64,000 nt of DNA from Blastocladiella emersonii ATCC 22665 (Eukaryota > Fungi > Blastocladiomycota): positions 3,968,001 through 4,032,000 of the forward strand of contig JANHCV010000001.1 in assembly GCA_025594325.1 (NCBI GenBank). Reading direction: 5' to 3'. Below the pieces are notes generated by a model that searched no databases, was not told the DNA's origin, and worked only from the letters and a program-made list of their open reading frames with translations. Position 1 is the first letter of the stretch; the number at the start of each line of letters is the position of its first letter. This document shows, one piece after another, positions 44,808-55,900 of this stretch. The position numbers and the translations under genes were made by a program.

Positions 44808-46430
44808 TTAGCGATCGAACATAGACTGCGGGATCTCCTTGCGGCGGAGGACCACCACGTCCGCGTCGCCCGACTCGGCCAGCGCGCGGAACTTGAACTG
44901 GCCGTTGACGATGCGGAACGACGCGATGCCGTCGCGCCCGTACATGATGTCCCAGAACATGCCCTTGACGACGTGCAGCATGAGCGGGATCCGGTGACGG
45001 CCGACCTCAAAGTACACGTAGACGACGCCCAGGGTCAGCGCACCAGGCGAGTCGGCGGTCTGAACCGACACCTTTCTCGAGGGGTCGATGGTGAGGCCTG
45101 CGAGCTCGACGACGCGGGACGAGATGAAGCTCTCGCCGCACAGCGGGACCAGGCGCGCGGCGACGGACGTGCCGTTGATGGTGCCGACCACGAACGGCGT
45201 ATCGGCGCCGCCGGGCGTGTACGACTCGATGATCCCGAACGAGTCGGAGATCGCGGGCCGCCAGCCGGGCGGCTTGATGGGAAGACGAGTGGTGCTCGAT
45301 GTAGGTGCGGCGGCGGGTTGAGGAGTAGCCGCCGGACTCGGCGACGGCACGCGGGCCTCCTGCAGCGGGCGCGGCGGCGGACCAGTCGGCTTCTTCTTGT
45401 TGCGACTCTTCTTCGAGCGCACGGGCTTGGCCAAAGGCCGAGTCGACTTGAGCTCCTGGGTCGCCTCCGGCATGGGCTCGGTCGTCGTCTCGGCATCCAG
45501 CGAAGCGGCTGGCGCCGAAGTTGGCTCGATGGCCGGCGGCGCGGTCACCTCGGTGGTATTCTCATCGAGCTCCTCCTGCTCCTCGGAATCGACTGGCTTG
45601 ACAGCGCCAGCGGCCTCGGATTCGACCGTCGTCTCGGCGACCGTGCTGTCCGGTGCCGCAGCATCAAGCTTGGGCTCCTCGTTGGAGGTTTCGGTTTCGG
45701 CCGCCTTCGAGTTCTCGGACTCAGCCTCTGCCGAAGTGACCGCGGAGGCCGGTGCGACATCGGGCTCGGGCTCCGCGTCCGACTCGTCCGTCGCCGGCGG
45801 GTGCGCGAGCACGCATTTATGGCGACAGAGCTCCGCGTAAGTCTCGGTCAGCGTCCAGCCCTCGGGGTCAAAGCCGGCCGGGAAGCGGTCGCGGCCGACC
45901 GCCTTGACAAAGAAACCGGCGGCATCGGCATCGGTCATGCGGTAGGGCGCCGGGGTATCGAGGATGGCAGCGCTGAATGCAAGGTAGAACTCGGCATCGG
46001 AGCGGCCGGCGGGAGAGAGCGAGAAGAAGCGCTGGATCGCATCGATGGCGACTTGACGCTCGTACGGCACAAAGGTCGCGACGAAAAACTCGCGGAGCCG
46101 CTCGTAGACCTTGCCCTCCGAGCGGTCGTCGAGCTCGAGAAGCTTGCGCTTGGCGACGGTGACAAAATCGGGGCTGTCGATCAGGCCAAAGAGGCAATCG
46201 ACGCGGTGCGACATGGGCATATCAGCAAGTTCAAAGCTCGCTTCCACGCACTCGAGCCAACCGGTCGGAGAGGTTGAGGTCAAGGGATCAAAGCGAGGAT
46301 TGTCGCGGACGAAGCGGTCCACGACGTAGCCGCGGGCGAGGGCAGCGACGGCAGCCGGGTCGACAGAGGCCGCGCTAAGCGCTTGAGCTGGGTCAAGGGC
46401 GCCGTTGCCGGTAGTTACATGTGTTTTCAT
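44808..46430 (-). CDS. Gag-pseudoprotease family copy D (intact, 540 aa)
   Basis: Same architecture as copy B. Protease-like segment FVVGTINGTSVAARLVPLCGESFIS...FWDIMYGRDGI; ends EIPQSMFDR*. Confidence 0.8.
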   Translation of the reverse strand: MKTHVTTGNGALDPAQALSAASVDPAAVAALARGYVVDRFVRDNPRFDPLTSTSPTGWLECVEASFELADMPMSHRVDCLFGLIDSPDFVTVAKRKLLELDDRSEGKVYERLREFFVATFVPYERQVAIDAIQRFFSLSPAGRSDAEFYLAFSAAILDTPAPYRMTDADAAGFFVKAVGRDRFPAGFDPEGWTLTETYAELCRHKCVLAHPPATDESDAEPEPDVAPASAVTSAEAESENSKAAETETSNEEPKLDAAAPDSTVAETTVESEAAGAVKPVDSEEQEELDENTTEVTAPPAIEPTSAPAASLDAETTTEPMPEATQELKSTRPLAKPVRSKKSRNKKKPTGPPPRPLQEARVPSPSPAATPQPAAAPTSSTTRLPIKPPGWRPAISDSFGIIESYTPGGADTPFVVGTINGTSVAARLVPLCGESFISSRVVELAGLTIDPSRKVSVQTADSPGALTLGVVYVYFEVGRHRIPLMLHVVKGMFWDIMYGRDGIASFRIVNGQFKFRALAESGDADVVVLRRKEIPQSMFDR

Positions 46431-46666
46431 GGTGATTGCGGGGTCTAAAGCTTCATGGGATGGTCATGGGAGGGGAGGGTTGCACAAGGCACTGACCGCT
46501 GTGTTGATGATGGCGTTGCATCAGGTCACGCCCGTTTCCTGTCAAGTCTCGCGAGTTGTCTCGCGCTCGACCTCGTGCGCTCTCCCGGTGCTGGGAATCG
46601 CACGCCAGTTCCGCACACGCTTGGCCGTGAGACAGTGAAGCAAAAACAACAATACAATTCATTCAA

Positions 46667-48302
46667 TCAGCGGTCAAACATGGCCTTGGGGATCTCCTTG
46701 CGGCGGTGGACGACGACGTTCGAGTCGCCATGCATCGTCACGACGCGGAGCTTGAACTGGCCGTTGATGATCTGGAAAGCCGCGATGCCGTCGCGGCCGT
46801 AGAGCAGGTCCCAGAACATGCTGTCGACGACGTGCATCTTGAGCGGGATCCGATGGCGGCCGACGTCAAAGAACACGTAGACGACGCCCAGAGTCCGAGC
46901 GTGCGGGATATCGGCCGATTGGAATGGCATGGTGACCGACGTGTCGATGGTGAGGCCTGCGCGCTCAACCACACGGGCCGAGATTAGGCTTTCGGCGCAC
47001 AGTGGCATCAGGCGCGCGGCGACGGGCGTGCCGTTGATGGCGCCAACTGTGGCGTGCCACGAAGGGCGTGTCGTCCTCGATCGGAACTTTGATTTCGATG
47101 AGGCCGGACGTGGTACGAATCGCAGGCCGCCAGCCGGGCGGCTTGATAGGAAGACGAGTAGTGCTCGATGCGGGCGCCGCGGCGGGTTGAGAAGCGGGCG
47201 CCGGATTCGAGGGCAGCGCGCGAGTCTCATGCGGTAAGCGCGGCGGCGGGCCAGTCGGCTTCTTCTTGCTGCGGCCCTTTTTCGGGCGCACGGGCCTGGC
47301 CGAGGACCGCGTCGGCTTGGCCTGGTCGGCCTCGATCTCGGCCGCACCCGCCGTCCACAACTCGGTGGCAGGCTCAGCGTCAAGGTCAGCGGCAGGTTCG
47401 GCGGCCGGCTCGCCTTTGGCCGTGACGACGTTCGACTGCTCGACGACCTCCGCCATGGTCCCGTCGACTGCGTCTGCTTCGCCGGTCGGCGAAATGGACT
47501 CGGTGACGATCTCCGTGTCCGTATCCTGCGTGGAAGAAGCACTCGCGGCCATGTTGGCGACCTCGGGCTCGACCTCGGGCTCAACCTGCGCGCCGACAGC
47601 TGCCTTGGCAGGTTCATCAACAGTAACCTTGGGCGTCTCCTTAGGATTGTCGGCCACTTGTGGGTTCTCGGCCAAGTACGTGACGCGGCAGAGTTCGGCG
47701 TACGCCTCGTCGAGCGTCCAGCCCGCGGCGTCAAAGTCGGCGGAGAAGCGGTCGCGGCCAACGGCGTCGACGAAGAGATTGACTTGATCGGCCTCGGACA
47801 TCCGGTGCTTGGGAGGAATATCGAGAAGCGCAGCAGAGAACTCGAGGTAAAATGCGGCGTCCGACTGGCCGCCAGGGCGCAGCGAGCGCAGGCGCTGGAT
47901 CGCGGTGTCCGCGGCGGATCGCTCGTGCGGCACAAAAATGGCAAGAAATAGCTGGCAAAGATGCTCGTAGCGTGCCGAGTCGGAGCAATTTTCAAGTTGC
48001 AGAAGCTTTTGCTTGACGACGGCGACAAAGTCGAGGCTGTCGATCAGGCTGAGAATGCACTCGGTGCGGTCCAAAGTCGAGACGTTGGCAAGCTCGAGGC
48101 TCGTCTTTACACGCTCGAGCCAGCCGAACGGTGAGCGAGAGATTGATGGGTCGAAGCGCGGGTTGTCGCGGACGAAACGATCGACGGCGTAGCCGCGGGC
48201 GAGGGTCGCGATCGCAGTCGGGTCGGCGCGCGTCGCGCCAAGCGCAAGGGCAGGATCAAGGACCGGCGCGGTGCCTTTGCTGGAAGTATTGGATGTTTTC
48301 AT
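46667..48302 (-). pseudogene. Gag-pseudoprotease family copy E (single frameshift)
   Basis: Full-length homology from ATG 48302. A 10-nt insertion at 47048-47057 shifts the protease domain into the frame of ORF 46667..48028. Ends EIPKAMFDR*. Confidence 0.8.
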
Positions 48303-48476
48303 GGAGAGTGCAGAGTTCAACGCTTCATGGATCCCGAGGTCGAGGGAGCGGCGACTGACGCGAACGCGGCGCGCGTCAAACTGGCCGGCTCGTCGCGTCG
48401 CTCGCCTCCCGCCAGATCGCTTCGCTGAAGGAAACGCTTGTAATTCAATCATGAAGAGAGATTCGCGATAAAAATA

Positions 48477-49437
48477 TCAGCGATCGAACATGTAGGGCGG
48501 AATCTCGGTCCGCTTGAAGACCACGACGGGGACCGGGTCTGTCTCGCCAAGCACGGCCAGGTTGCACTCGCCGTTGACCACGTACAGCGACGCGATCCTG
48601 TCGCGCCCGTACATGACGCCTCAAAACATCCCGTCAACGACGTGCATCATCAGCGGGATCTGGTCGCGCCCGACCGCCATGTACGCGTAGACGACGCCCA
48701 GCCACATCGTTGGCGGCCCGTCAGGGAAGGTCAGGCGGACCTTGACCGTCTCGTCGATCGTGAGGCCTGCGCGCTTGACGATGCGCAGCGAGATGGCGCT
48801 CACTTCGGCCGACGGCACCAGGCACGCGGCGACGAGCACGTCGTTGATGGTGCCGACGACGAATGGCGCGTCGCCGCCGCCGGGGACGTTGAGCTCGATC
48901 TTGCCGCCTGATCCGCTGGTCGTTACGGTGGCGGGGCGCGGGCTGTTGACTGCGGCGGGTGCAAGCGGGACGTTGGACAAGGGCGCCGCGGCAGGCGCGG
49001 AAACAGGCTGCTGCTGGGGCGACGACACAGCGGTAGCCTGCGTCAGTTGCGTCGGTCGCGTCGGCGGGGCAGCTGCAGCCTGCTTCTGGCCCTTCTTGGT
49101 CCGAACCCGCTTGGCCGAAGGTCGCGCCGTCTTGGACTGCTGGGGCGTGGCCATGACCTCGGCGGCGGCAAGAGCGGCTGGCTCATCCGTAGCCGTCCTC
49201 GACCTCCTCGTCGGCTCTTTGGGCGGGAGGCTCCGGTTCAGCGGGCCCGGCGAGCTTGGACCCGACTTCGGCAGCAGCGGCCAGGTCAGGGGCATTGAGA
49301 ACCAGCTCGGCCGGTTTGCTGACGGCAAGCTTGGGTTCCTCCTCGTTTGGCTGATCGGCCAGTTCCGGTTTGTCGGCCAGGTACGTCGTGCGGCATAGCT
49401 CGGCGTACGGCTCGGCCAGCGTCCAGCCGTCGGCGTG
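48477..49437 (-). pseudogene. Gag-pseudoprotease family copy F (5'-truncated)
   Basis: Homology begins at DGWTLAEPYAELCRTTYLA. It has a frameshift and a TGA at the conserved FW (48621), and resumes to [13 protein letters not shown]. Confidence 0.8.
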
Positions 49438-49608
49438 TTTCATGATCGCGTGATATGTCCTACGCGTCGCGTTTGAGCTCGCGCAACGCCACTGCGGGTC
49501 AAACTGAGCTTTCGTTTGCTCCATAATCGGTGGAATTCAAATCAAAAAACAACAAGGATAGAAAAAAAAAACGGTGGCGGCGTGCGCAGCACCTGGCGCA
49601 GCGCGCCG

Positions 49609-51244
49609 TTAGCGGGCCGGGAGGTCGCGACGCTTCGTCACTGGCACGCTAACCATGCGCTTGCTGATGTCAAGCGCCTTGAGGTCGAACTGCCCGTCGA
49701 TGTTCGAGAACGACTGGACGGCGTCTTTCGCAAAGACCGCGTCCCACGCAATATCGTCCCACACGTACGCGCGCAGCGGGATCTCGTTGCCCTGCACCTT
49801 GAAGATGAGGTTGACGAATCCAGGCGACTCTTCCGTGCCGGCGAGGGACGCGATACGTTTCGGGTCCGTGCGGTCAATGGTCAATCCGGCTTGCTCAACA
49901 ATTTCCGGTGAAACCAAGCACGACTGGGTCTCCGTGTCAAGCAGCGCCAGCGCGGACACCCCGTTCACGGTTCCACACACAAACGGCGTGTCGTCGCCCG
50001 CGGGGCCGTCGATTTCGCCGGCAAAGACCGCAAGCGTATTTTCGTCGACTTCGCCCAGCAAAGGGTTCGTGCTGTCGAGCATCTCGATATTGGGAAGCGC
50101 GCTACGAAGGGCACGGGCCCTGCTGCCATGGCTGCTGCTACTCACGGATCCGAACGTCGCGGGGAAGAGCGGTGCGGCCTGCTGCTGGGCCAAGGCGGAA
50201 GCAAGGTTGCGCGCGCGGTCGGGGTGTGCGTTGCGGACGAGGCGACGCGATACGTCGCGGCTCTTGGCGCGACACTCGGTCACCGCGTGGCCACGACGGC
50301 CGCAGTACTGGCAGTAGCCCTCGGGAACGGCATTATCGACGGACACTGGCTGCTCCTCAGCGGCTGCGGCTGGCTTTGCTTGCCGCTTCGGCTTTGGCTT
50401 GTGGCTTCGGTTTGACCGGCGCGGGCAGTTTTGACGGAATTGAAGCCGAAGGAGTCGCCGGAGCAGCAGCAACTGCGGGGCTGGGCGTGTGAACTTACTG
50501 CACAAAATCGGACTGCGAGTCGACGGAGGGCGACACCGGCGAGGAAATCGTCAGCTCCCTAGGCGCGGGACACAGTTCGGGCTCGGTCTCGGGCTCGACA
50601 TCGCGAAGCCCAGGAGGAGCTCGAAGCACGCGGTACACTTGGTGAAGCGAGTGCTTAGTCGGGTTTAAGCCAGACGGGAAGCGATCGGGACCGACGGCGT
50701 TGTAGTAAATCTGGGCAGCGACAGACTCCGAAGGCCGGGTGTCGGACGAGAAGCTGGCAAGGCATGTGCGGAACTCAAGATGAAAGTCGAGGTCCGAGCG
50801 CCCCGCAGAGCTGAGCGCTGAGAGGCGATCGAGTGCAACCTGGGCCGGGGACTTCGAGGACTCGTCAGGCGCGGGATGCACGAAGGTGCCGGAGAAAAGG
50901 TCGTCGAGGCGAGAGGCTCGCTGCTCGTCGGTGAGATCGGCAAGCGTGGCAAGCTCGTCGTTCGCGTAAACGATAAAGTTCGGTGCGTCGATTAGACCAA
51001 GTACGCGGTTGACCCAGAGCGCGGCGGGGAGGCCCGCGACAGCGAAGCTGTTCTCGATCTGTCGATACCAGGTAGACGGGAAGACCGACGATGCCGGGTC
51101 GAACCGCGGGTTGGTGCGGATGAAGCTTTCGATAACCTGGCTGCGCACAAAGGCCGTGACCGCGACCGCGACCCCACCGGAAGGGCTGGCGAGCAGCGTT
51201 GCGAGGTCGGGCGGGCTGTTGCTGGAAGTTGCATAAGATTTCAT
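49609..51244 (-). CDS. Divergent family copy G: Gag capsid + CCHC zinc knuckle + protease domain retaining the Asp, split over two frames
   Basis: ORF from ATG 51244 (FIRTNPRFDP..STWYRQIE) stops at 50495. The overlapping +1 ORF has CQYCGRRGHAVTEC and FVCGTVNGVSALALLDTETQSCLVS...WDAVFAKD. Could be spliced or a pseudogene. Confidence 0.65.
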
Positions 51245-51593
51245 GGCAGATTTGTGCATCACGAAGTGATATTTCGCAGCGAGGAACGCGTTTACGACGG
51301 CACGACGCGTCGCGCTGCGCGAAGCACATCCGGATGGGCGATCACGCTGCGTCAGCTGATGTCCCGCAGCGCGTCTCCCGTTTCGCGTCGCGCGTCGGTG
51401 GACGCGTCGTTCGGGTGCGATGCTGACCGGGGCCGGAGCCAGGGCCGCCTTGCACCCCTTCCAGGAGATCCCTGCAACGCGTCCGCCAACGCCGCCGACC
51501 CCGCGCCCCTCGCGACATTGCGGAGACCTTTGCAAAGAGCGAGATGGAACAGTCGTCGATGCTTGGCCACCCGAAACCGTTCCCGCGCGCGCC

Positions 51594-52828
51594 ATGATCT
51601 CGTCCTACGCACCGTCCCGCCAGCCCGTCTCCACGGCGGCAGCAGGCTACTCCCGCGGCAGCACCATGAACGCCATTCAAAATGTACTACAACCGCCGCA
51701 ACAAGTGAACCCGCTGCTCGCGGAGCTCAGCGAGCGGCGCGAGGAGGCGCTGTACCGAAACCGCCGCCCGCTCGGTATGCCGGCGATCGCTGGTCCCGCG
51801 CATGGACTGCACTGACGCTCAGCGGCTTATCCTAGGCCGGATGGGCCAGCGCGCGACGGAGTTGATGAGCAACATCCCCGATCCCGATGCTCGCTTCGGC
51901 CGCCCGACTCCAAAGCGTCCGTATATCATCCGATCGGACTCAGGGAAGCGCAAGGTACTTATGATCTTCGTTCGCGCTAGCCGAGTCGCAGATCACGGAG
52001 CTGCTGCACCCATCGGTCGAAGGCGCGGACCCGCAGCCTCTGCAGCGGCGCGCTGGAAGCAGCGGAGTACACGCCGGCGCAGGTACGCTGTTCGGCGAGA
52101 TCGCTCAGACGACACGGTTGACTTGATCGTCTCATCGATCGTTTAGGTCAGCAGCTCTCGCGCCGGTACGAGGGGTTCGACAAGGAGGCCGCGTACGGCG
52201 TCCCGGTCGCCGACGTCGACTGGTCGGGGTCCAAGACGAAGCACTCGCTTGCTTGGTTTGTCTTCTCTCGCTCCGTTCTGCATACCAAACCGCTGATCGC
52301 AACCGTACATGTAGGGCCGAGCCCGACCGGCACATGGAAACCACGTCGCAGGCCCTCGGCAAGGCCGTGCTGCGCGGCCACACTGCGCTAGGCTCGAGCG
52401 ACGGCGCTCGCCACCACAACTCAGCCGCGGCCGCCCGCGCAAGCTGCCGCCAGAACGCCGACCGTGACCACCGCGACATCCTAACGTGGTCGGGCACGAG
52501 CAACGGTACCACCGATGCCCGCAAGCCCGACCAGTCGCGCACATGGGCGAGCTCGCGGAACCACGAGCTCCCGCCGGCCGGCTCCCGGCCGCGCGGCGAC
52601 ATCGTGCCGCCGCCGCTCGAAGCCACGACGCTCACCAACGCCGATATCAACGCCCTCGTCTCGTCCAACGTGTGGGCGGCCGCGGCCAAGGGCCGGACGT
52701 TGTGGCCATCGACGGGAAGCGTCAGCGCCATGGGCCACTCGGGCGCGGCCACGCACGGCGGCTCGGTACGGCCGCAGAACCAGGGTCGGCCGCCAGCGCG
52801 TGTGCGCCGCGATGGCCTCGACCACTGA
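51594..52828 (+). CDS. EFHB/CFAP21-like flagellar microtubule inner protein (multi-exon, tentative)
   Basis: Spliced segments ERREEALYRNRRPLG..FGRPTPK and GQQLSRRY..AYGVPV..SGSKTKHSLAW resemble EFHB N-terminal motifs as I recall them. No EF-hand seen. Confidence 0.5.
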
Positions 52829-52958
52829 GAGATCCCCCTCATCTGACATTCCTCGTGTACATTTGCCGTTATTCCAGATGCATTTGATATTTATTCCAGC
52901 CTCGAGGAGAGAAAAAAGTCATGTATCACATACGAGCAACAATCAACATCCATCCCAG

Positions 52959-55900
52959 CTAGCTCGAAGTCCCAGTCGACGTGGTCGCCGCGCTGATCGT
53001 CTCGCCGGCGCCAAAGTCGGTCGAGTCTTCTTCCTCGTCGACCTTGGCCTGGACCGGGACACGCGCAGTGGCGGCGGCAGCGGGTGTTGCCGTCGCGGCC
53101 GGAAGCCCAGGAGGTGCGGCACCAGCAGCCACGGCGGCCTTCTTCATGTACTCGGCGAGCGCGGGGTTGGCCGCCGTGATGGCCTTGACCTGCTCCTCCT
53201 GCTTGCGCGCCTCGGCGGCCTTCTTGTCCTCGGCAGTTGGAACGGGTTCGGGAACAGCGGCAGCCGCGGGCTTGGGCGACTTGTCGCGCGCGGGGGGCTG
53301 CGCGAGACCAGGCGGCGACGACGACCGGCTGCCGAGCCCGGTTGCCGGAGCCGGAGTAGCCGATCCAGTGACAGCCGCGGCAGCGGCGACCGCGAGCTTG
53401 GTCTTCTCGGTCTCGTCGAACGACACGAGACGCGGGCGCGCGGCGTCGAGGTCCTCGGCGTCGTCGTTGGTCTCGACAATGTGCTGCTCGCGGGCGCCGA
53501 ACGCGACGCGCTTGCACGCCTCCTCAGTGTTGACCTCGTGCTCCTCGTCCGTGGTGGTGAAGGCGACGTGGCGGCCGACCGACGCGAGCGACTCGCGGGA
53601 CCCGGCCTCGGTGTCGCGCGACAGGATCACCACCTTGCGCTCCTCGCGGTGCACGCACGACCCGGTCACGGACCCGTGGTGCGACGCCGACTCGAGCCGC
53701 TCGAACAGCTGCCGCGTACCGGACCCGAGCAGGTCCTCCATGGACGACCGCGTGCTGTGGCCCGCCGAGTGGCTGCCCTTGACCAGCAGCTTCTTCTCGA
53801 ACGTCGAGAGGTCCGAGATGAGGCTCTCGCGGCTCATGTGCACGCGCCGCGGCTGCGCGTCGATGTCGGCGAGCGGGTTGGTCCCCGCGGCGGCGCCGGC
53901 GGGGCCGACCTGGTCCGCGAGCAGGCGCAGCTCGGCCACCGACATGTCCGAGATCAAGCTGTCGCCGCTCTCGGCGCGGCTGATTCGGGCCGCGGGCATC
54001 TCGTGCTGCACGGGCACCGGAGCCGGCGTCGCCGCGTGGTCGACGGTCGGCGAGTGGGCAAAGTCGCGCGAGCTGCGCTTGGAGAGGATCTTGAGCTCGG
54101 ACGACGACAGGTCCGAGGGCACGCTGCCCGTCGCGTCGGCGGCGGCGAGCGGGACCGTGGAGACGGGCGGCGGGCTCGACGTGCCGTTGGCGCGCACCTC
54201 GCCGACGGACCCGGCGGTCATGCCGAGCCCGTAGTTGAGGCCCGAGGTGATGATGGGGTCGCTGACCGCGGCGCCGAAGCTGATCTCGCGCGACCCGCGC
54301 TTGGTGAGGATGCGCTTCTCCTGGCCCGACAGGTCGTGCGGAACGCCGCTGTCCTCGGACCCCGAGTCGTTGAGGTCGCGCGAGTTGCGCTTGACGAACC
54401 CGACGCGGCCCGACGACCCGAGCTCGTTGTTGTTGTCGATCATGACCGTGCTACCGATTGAGATGGACCGGCGCTTGGTTCCCATGAGCGCTGCGTTGGC
54501 CGACGACCCGCCGCCCATCTCGTTGTAGGAGAGCACCTCGCGCGACCCGCGGCGGCTGCTCCGCGAGTACCCGCCGGGGAGGACGGCCGTGTCCGAGCCG
54601 TAGCCGCGCGTCGGCGACGACGGGGACGACTCGCCGGCCTTGCCGCGGAGAATGCGCAGCTCGACGGCCGAGATGTCGCTGATGAGCGACTCGCGGCTCA
54701 TGTGGCCCTGCATATCCGTGTCCTCGTCGTTGGTCAGGCTGTCGGCGGACGAGTCGCGGTCGCGGTCGCGCTCCCGCCCGCGGGTCTCGCGCAGGCCGCG
54801 CTTCGCGGTACGGCGGCCCTTGGACGGCGACGCGTTGATGGCCGAGAGAGGGTCGGGAAGGATCGGGCGCGGCGACTACAATTGCACTGCGCGGTTAGTG
54901 ATGCCCGCTATCGAGCGCGTCAATGAAGGTCGTACCTCGGTTTCCACGATGTGTCCGACCGGGTTGACCCTACAATCGCTTGAGTCAGTTCAGGCCCATC
55001 AATGGTGTCGCGCGAAGTTGTGGATAGCGCACCGTCCTGCGGGAATGGACACTAGATGAGCAGGAGAAGTGTTAGCATCGTGCGATTGACCGCGGCAGAG
55101 CCGGCAGGGAAGCGTACTCTGGTGAAGCAAGACACGCAGCTGGGTCACCTCGAGCTTGAGCTCGTGCTTGGCCGTGCGGGTCGCGTCGAGCTGACGCTCC
55201 AGCTCCTCGTTGCGGCGGTACTACAGACAGCAGTCAACACCTTAGTGACCGCGTAGCCTCGGCTGTCGTGCAGCGCCATACCTCGCGGTCGAGCCGCTGG
55301 ATGAGGCCCTGGCACTCGGTCTGCCACTTTTGCTCCGACTGCTTGAGCGCCGTGACGTTTTCCATGGGCGAGCTCTTCTGGAGCTGGCTGATGGCGTGCT
55401 CGAGGCTGCGGCGGACGTCGGCCAGCTCGCGCTGCAGCTGCGCGGTCTCGCCCGAGCTCATGCGGTCCGACTACGCACGGACACGAGCGCGTCAGTCGCT
55501 ACTTCGGCAGCGGAGCAAGGAAGGTTGCGTACCTCAGTGGACCGCGGGCGATCGCTACGAGCGTGCTGGAGCTCCTCCTGCAGGGCGGCGATCTGCTTCT
55601 GGTACTGGGTGACGATCTGGCGCGTGGCGAGGAGCTCGGACTTGACGCTCTCCTCCTCGCGCATGAACCGCTCCATCTGTCGCTTACGCTCGTCGAGCAG
55701 CTGCTGGTCGGCTACACTCGTGCAGGCGCGTCAGTCACGCTCGGTTGAACGTCAGCTGCCAGCGTCGTACAGCTCAGCTTGGACTCTTGCAGGCGCAGCT
55801 TGCTCATGTACTCGGCCTGCTCGCGAGCGCAGCTCGCACGAGCCCTATTCGTGCGCGAGCGGTTAATCGAGCACGCTGGCGGCATGAGGAAAGGGAAACG

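Noticed and set aside
44421-48623. TGA at conserved Trp codons in copies C and F as UGA recoding, A-to-I editing or RIP
   Set aside because: TGA is a normal stop in this window and both copies have other lesions. The changes are in a CpC rather than CpA context, and two events are too few to infer a mechanism.
43421-51244. Intact LTR retrotransposon(s)
   Set aside because: No RT, RNaseH or integrase ORF, and no LTR pair, PBS or TSD seen. The inter-copy gaps are short and contain no recognisable LTRs.
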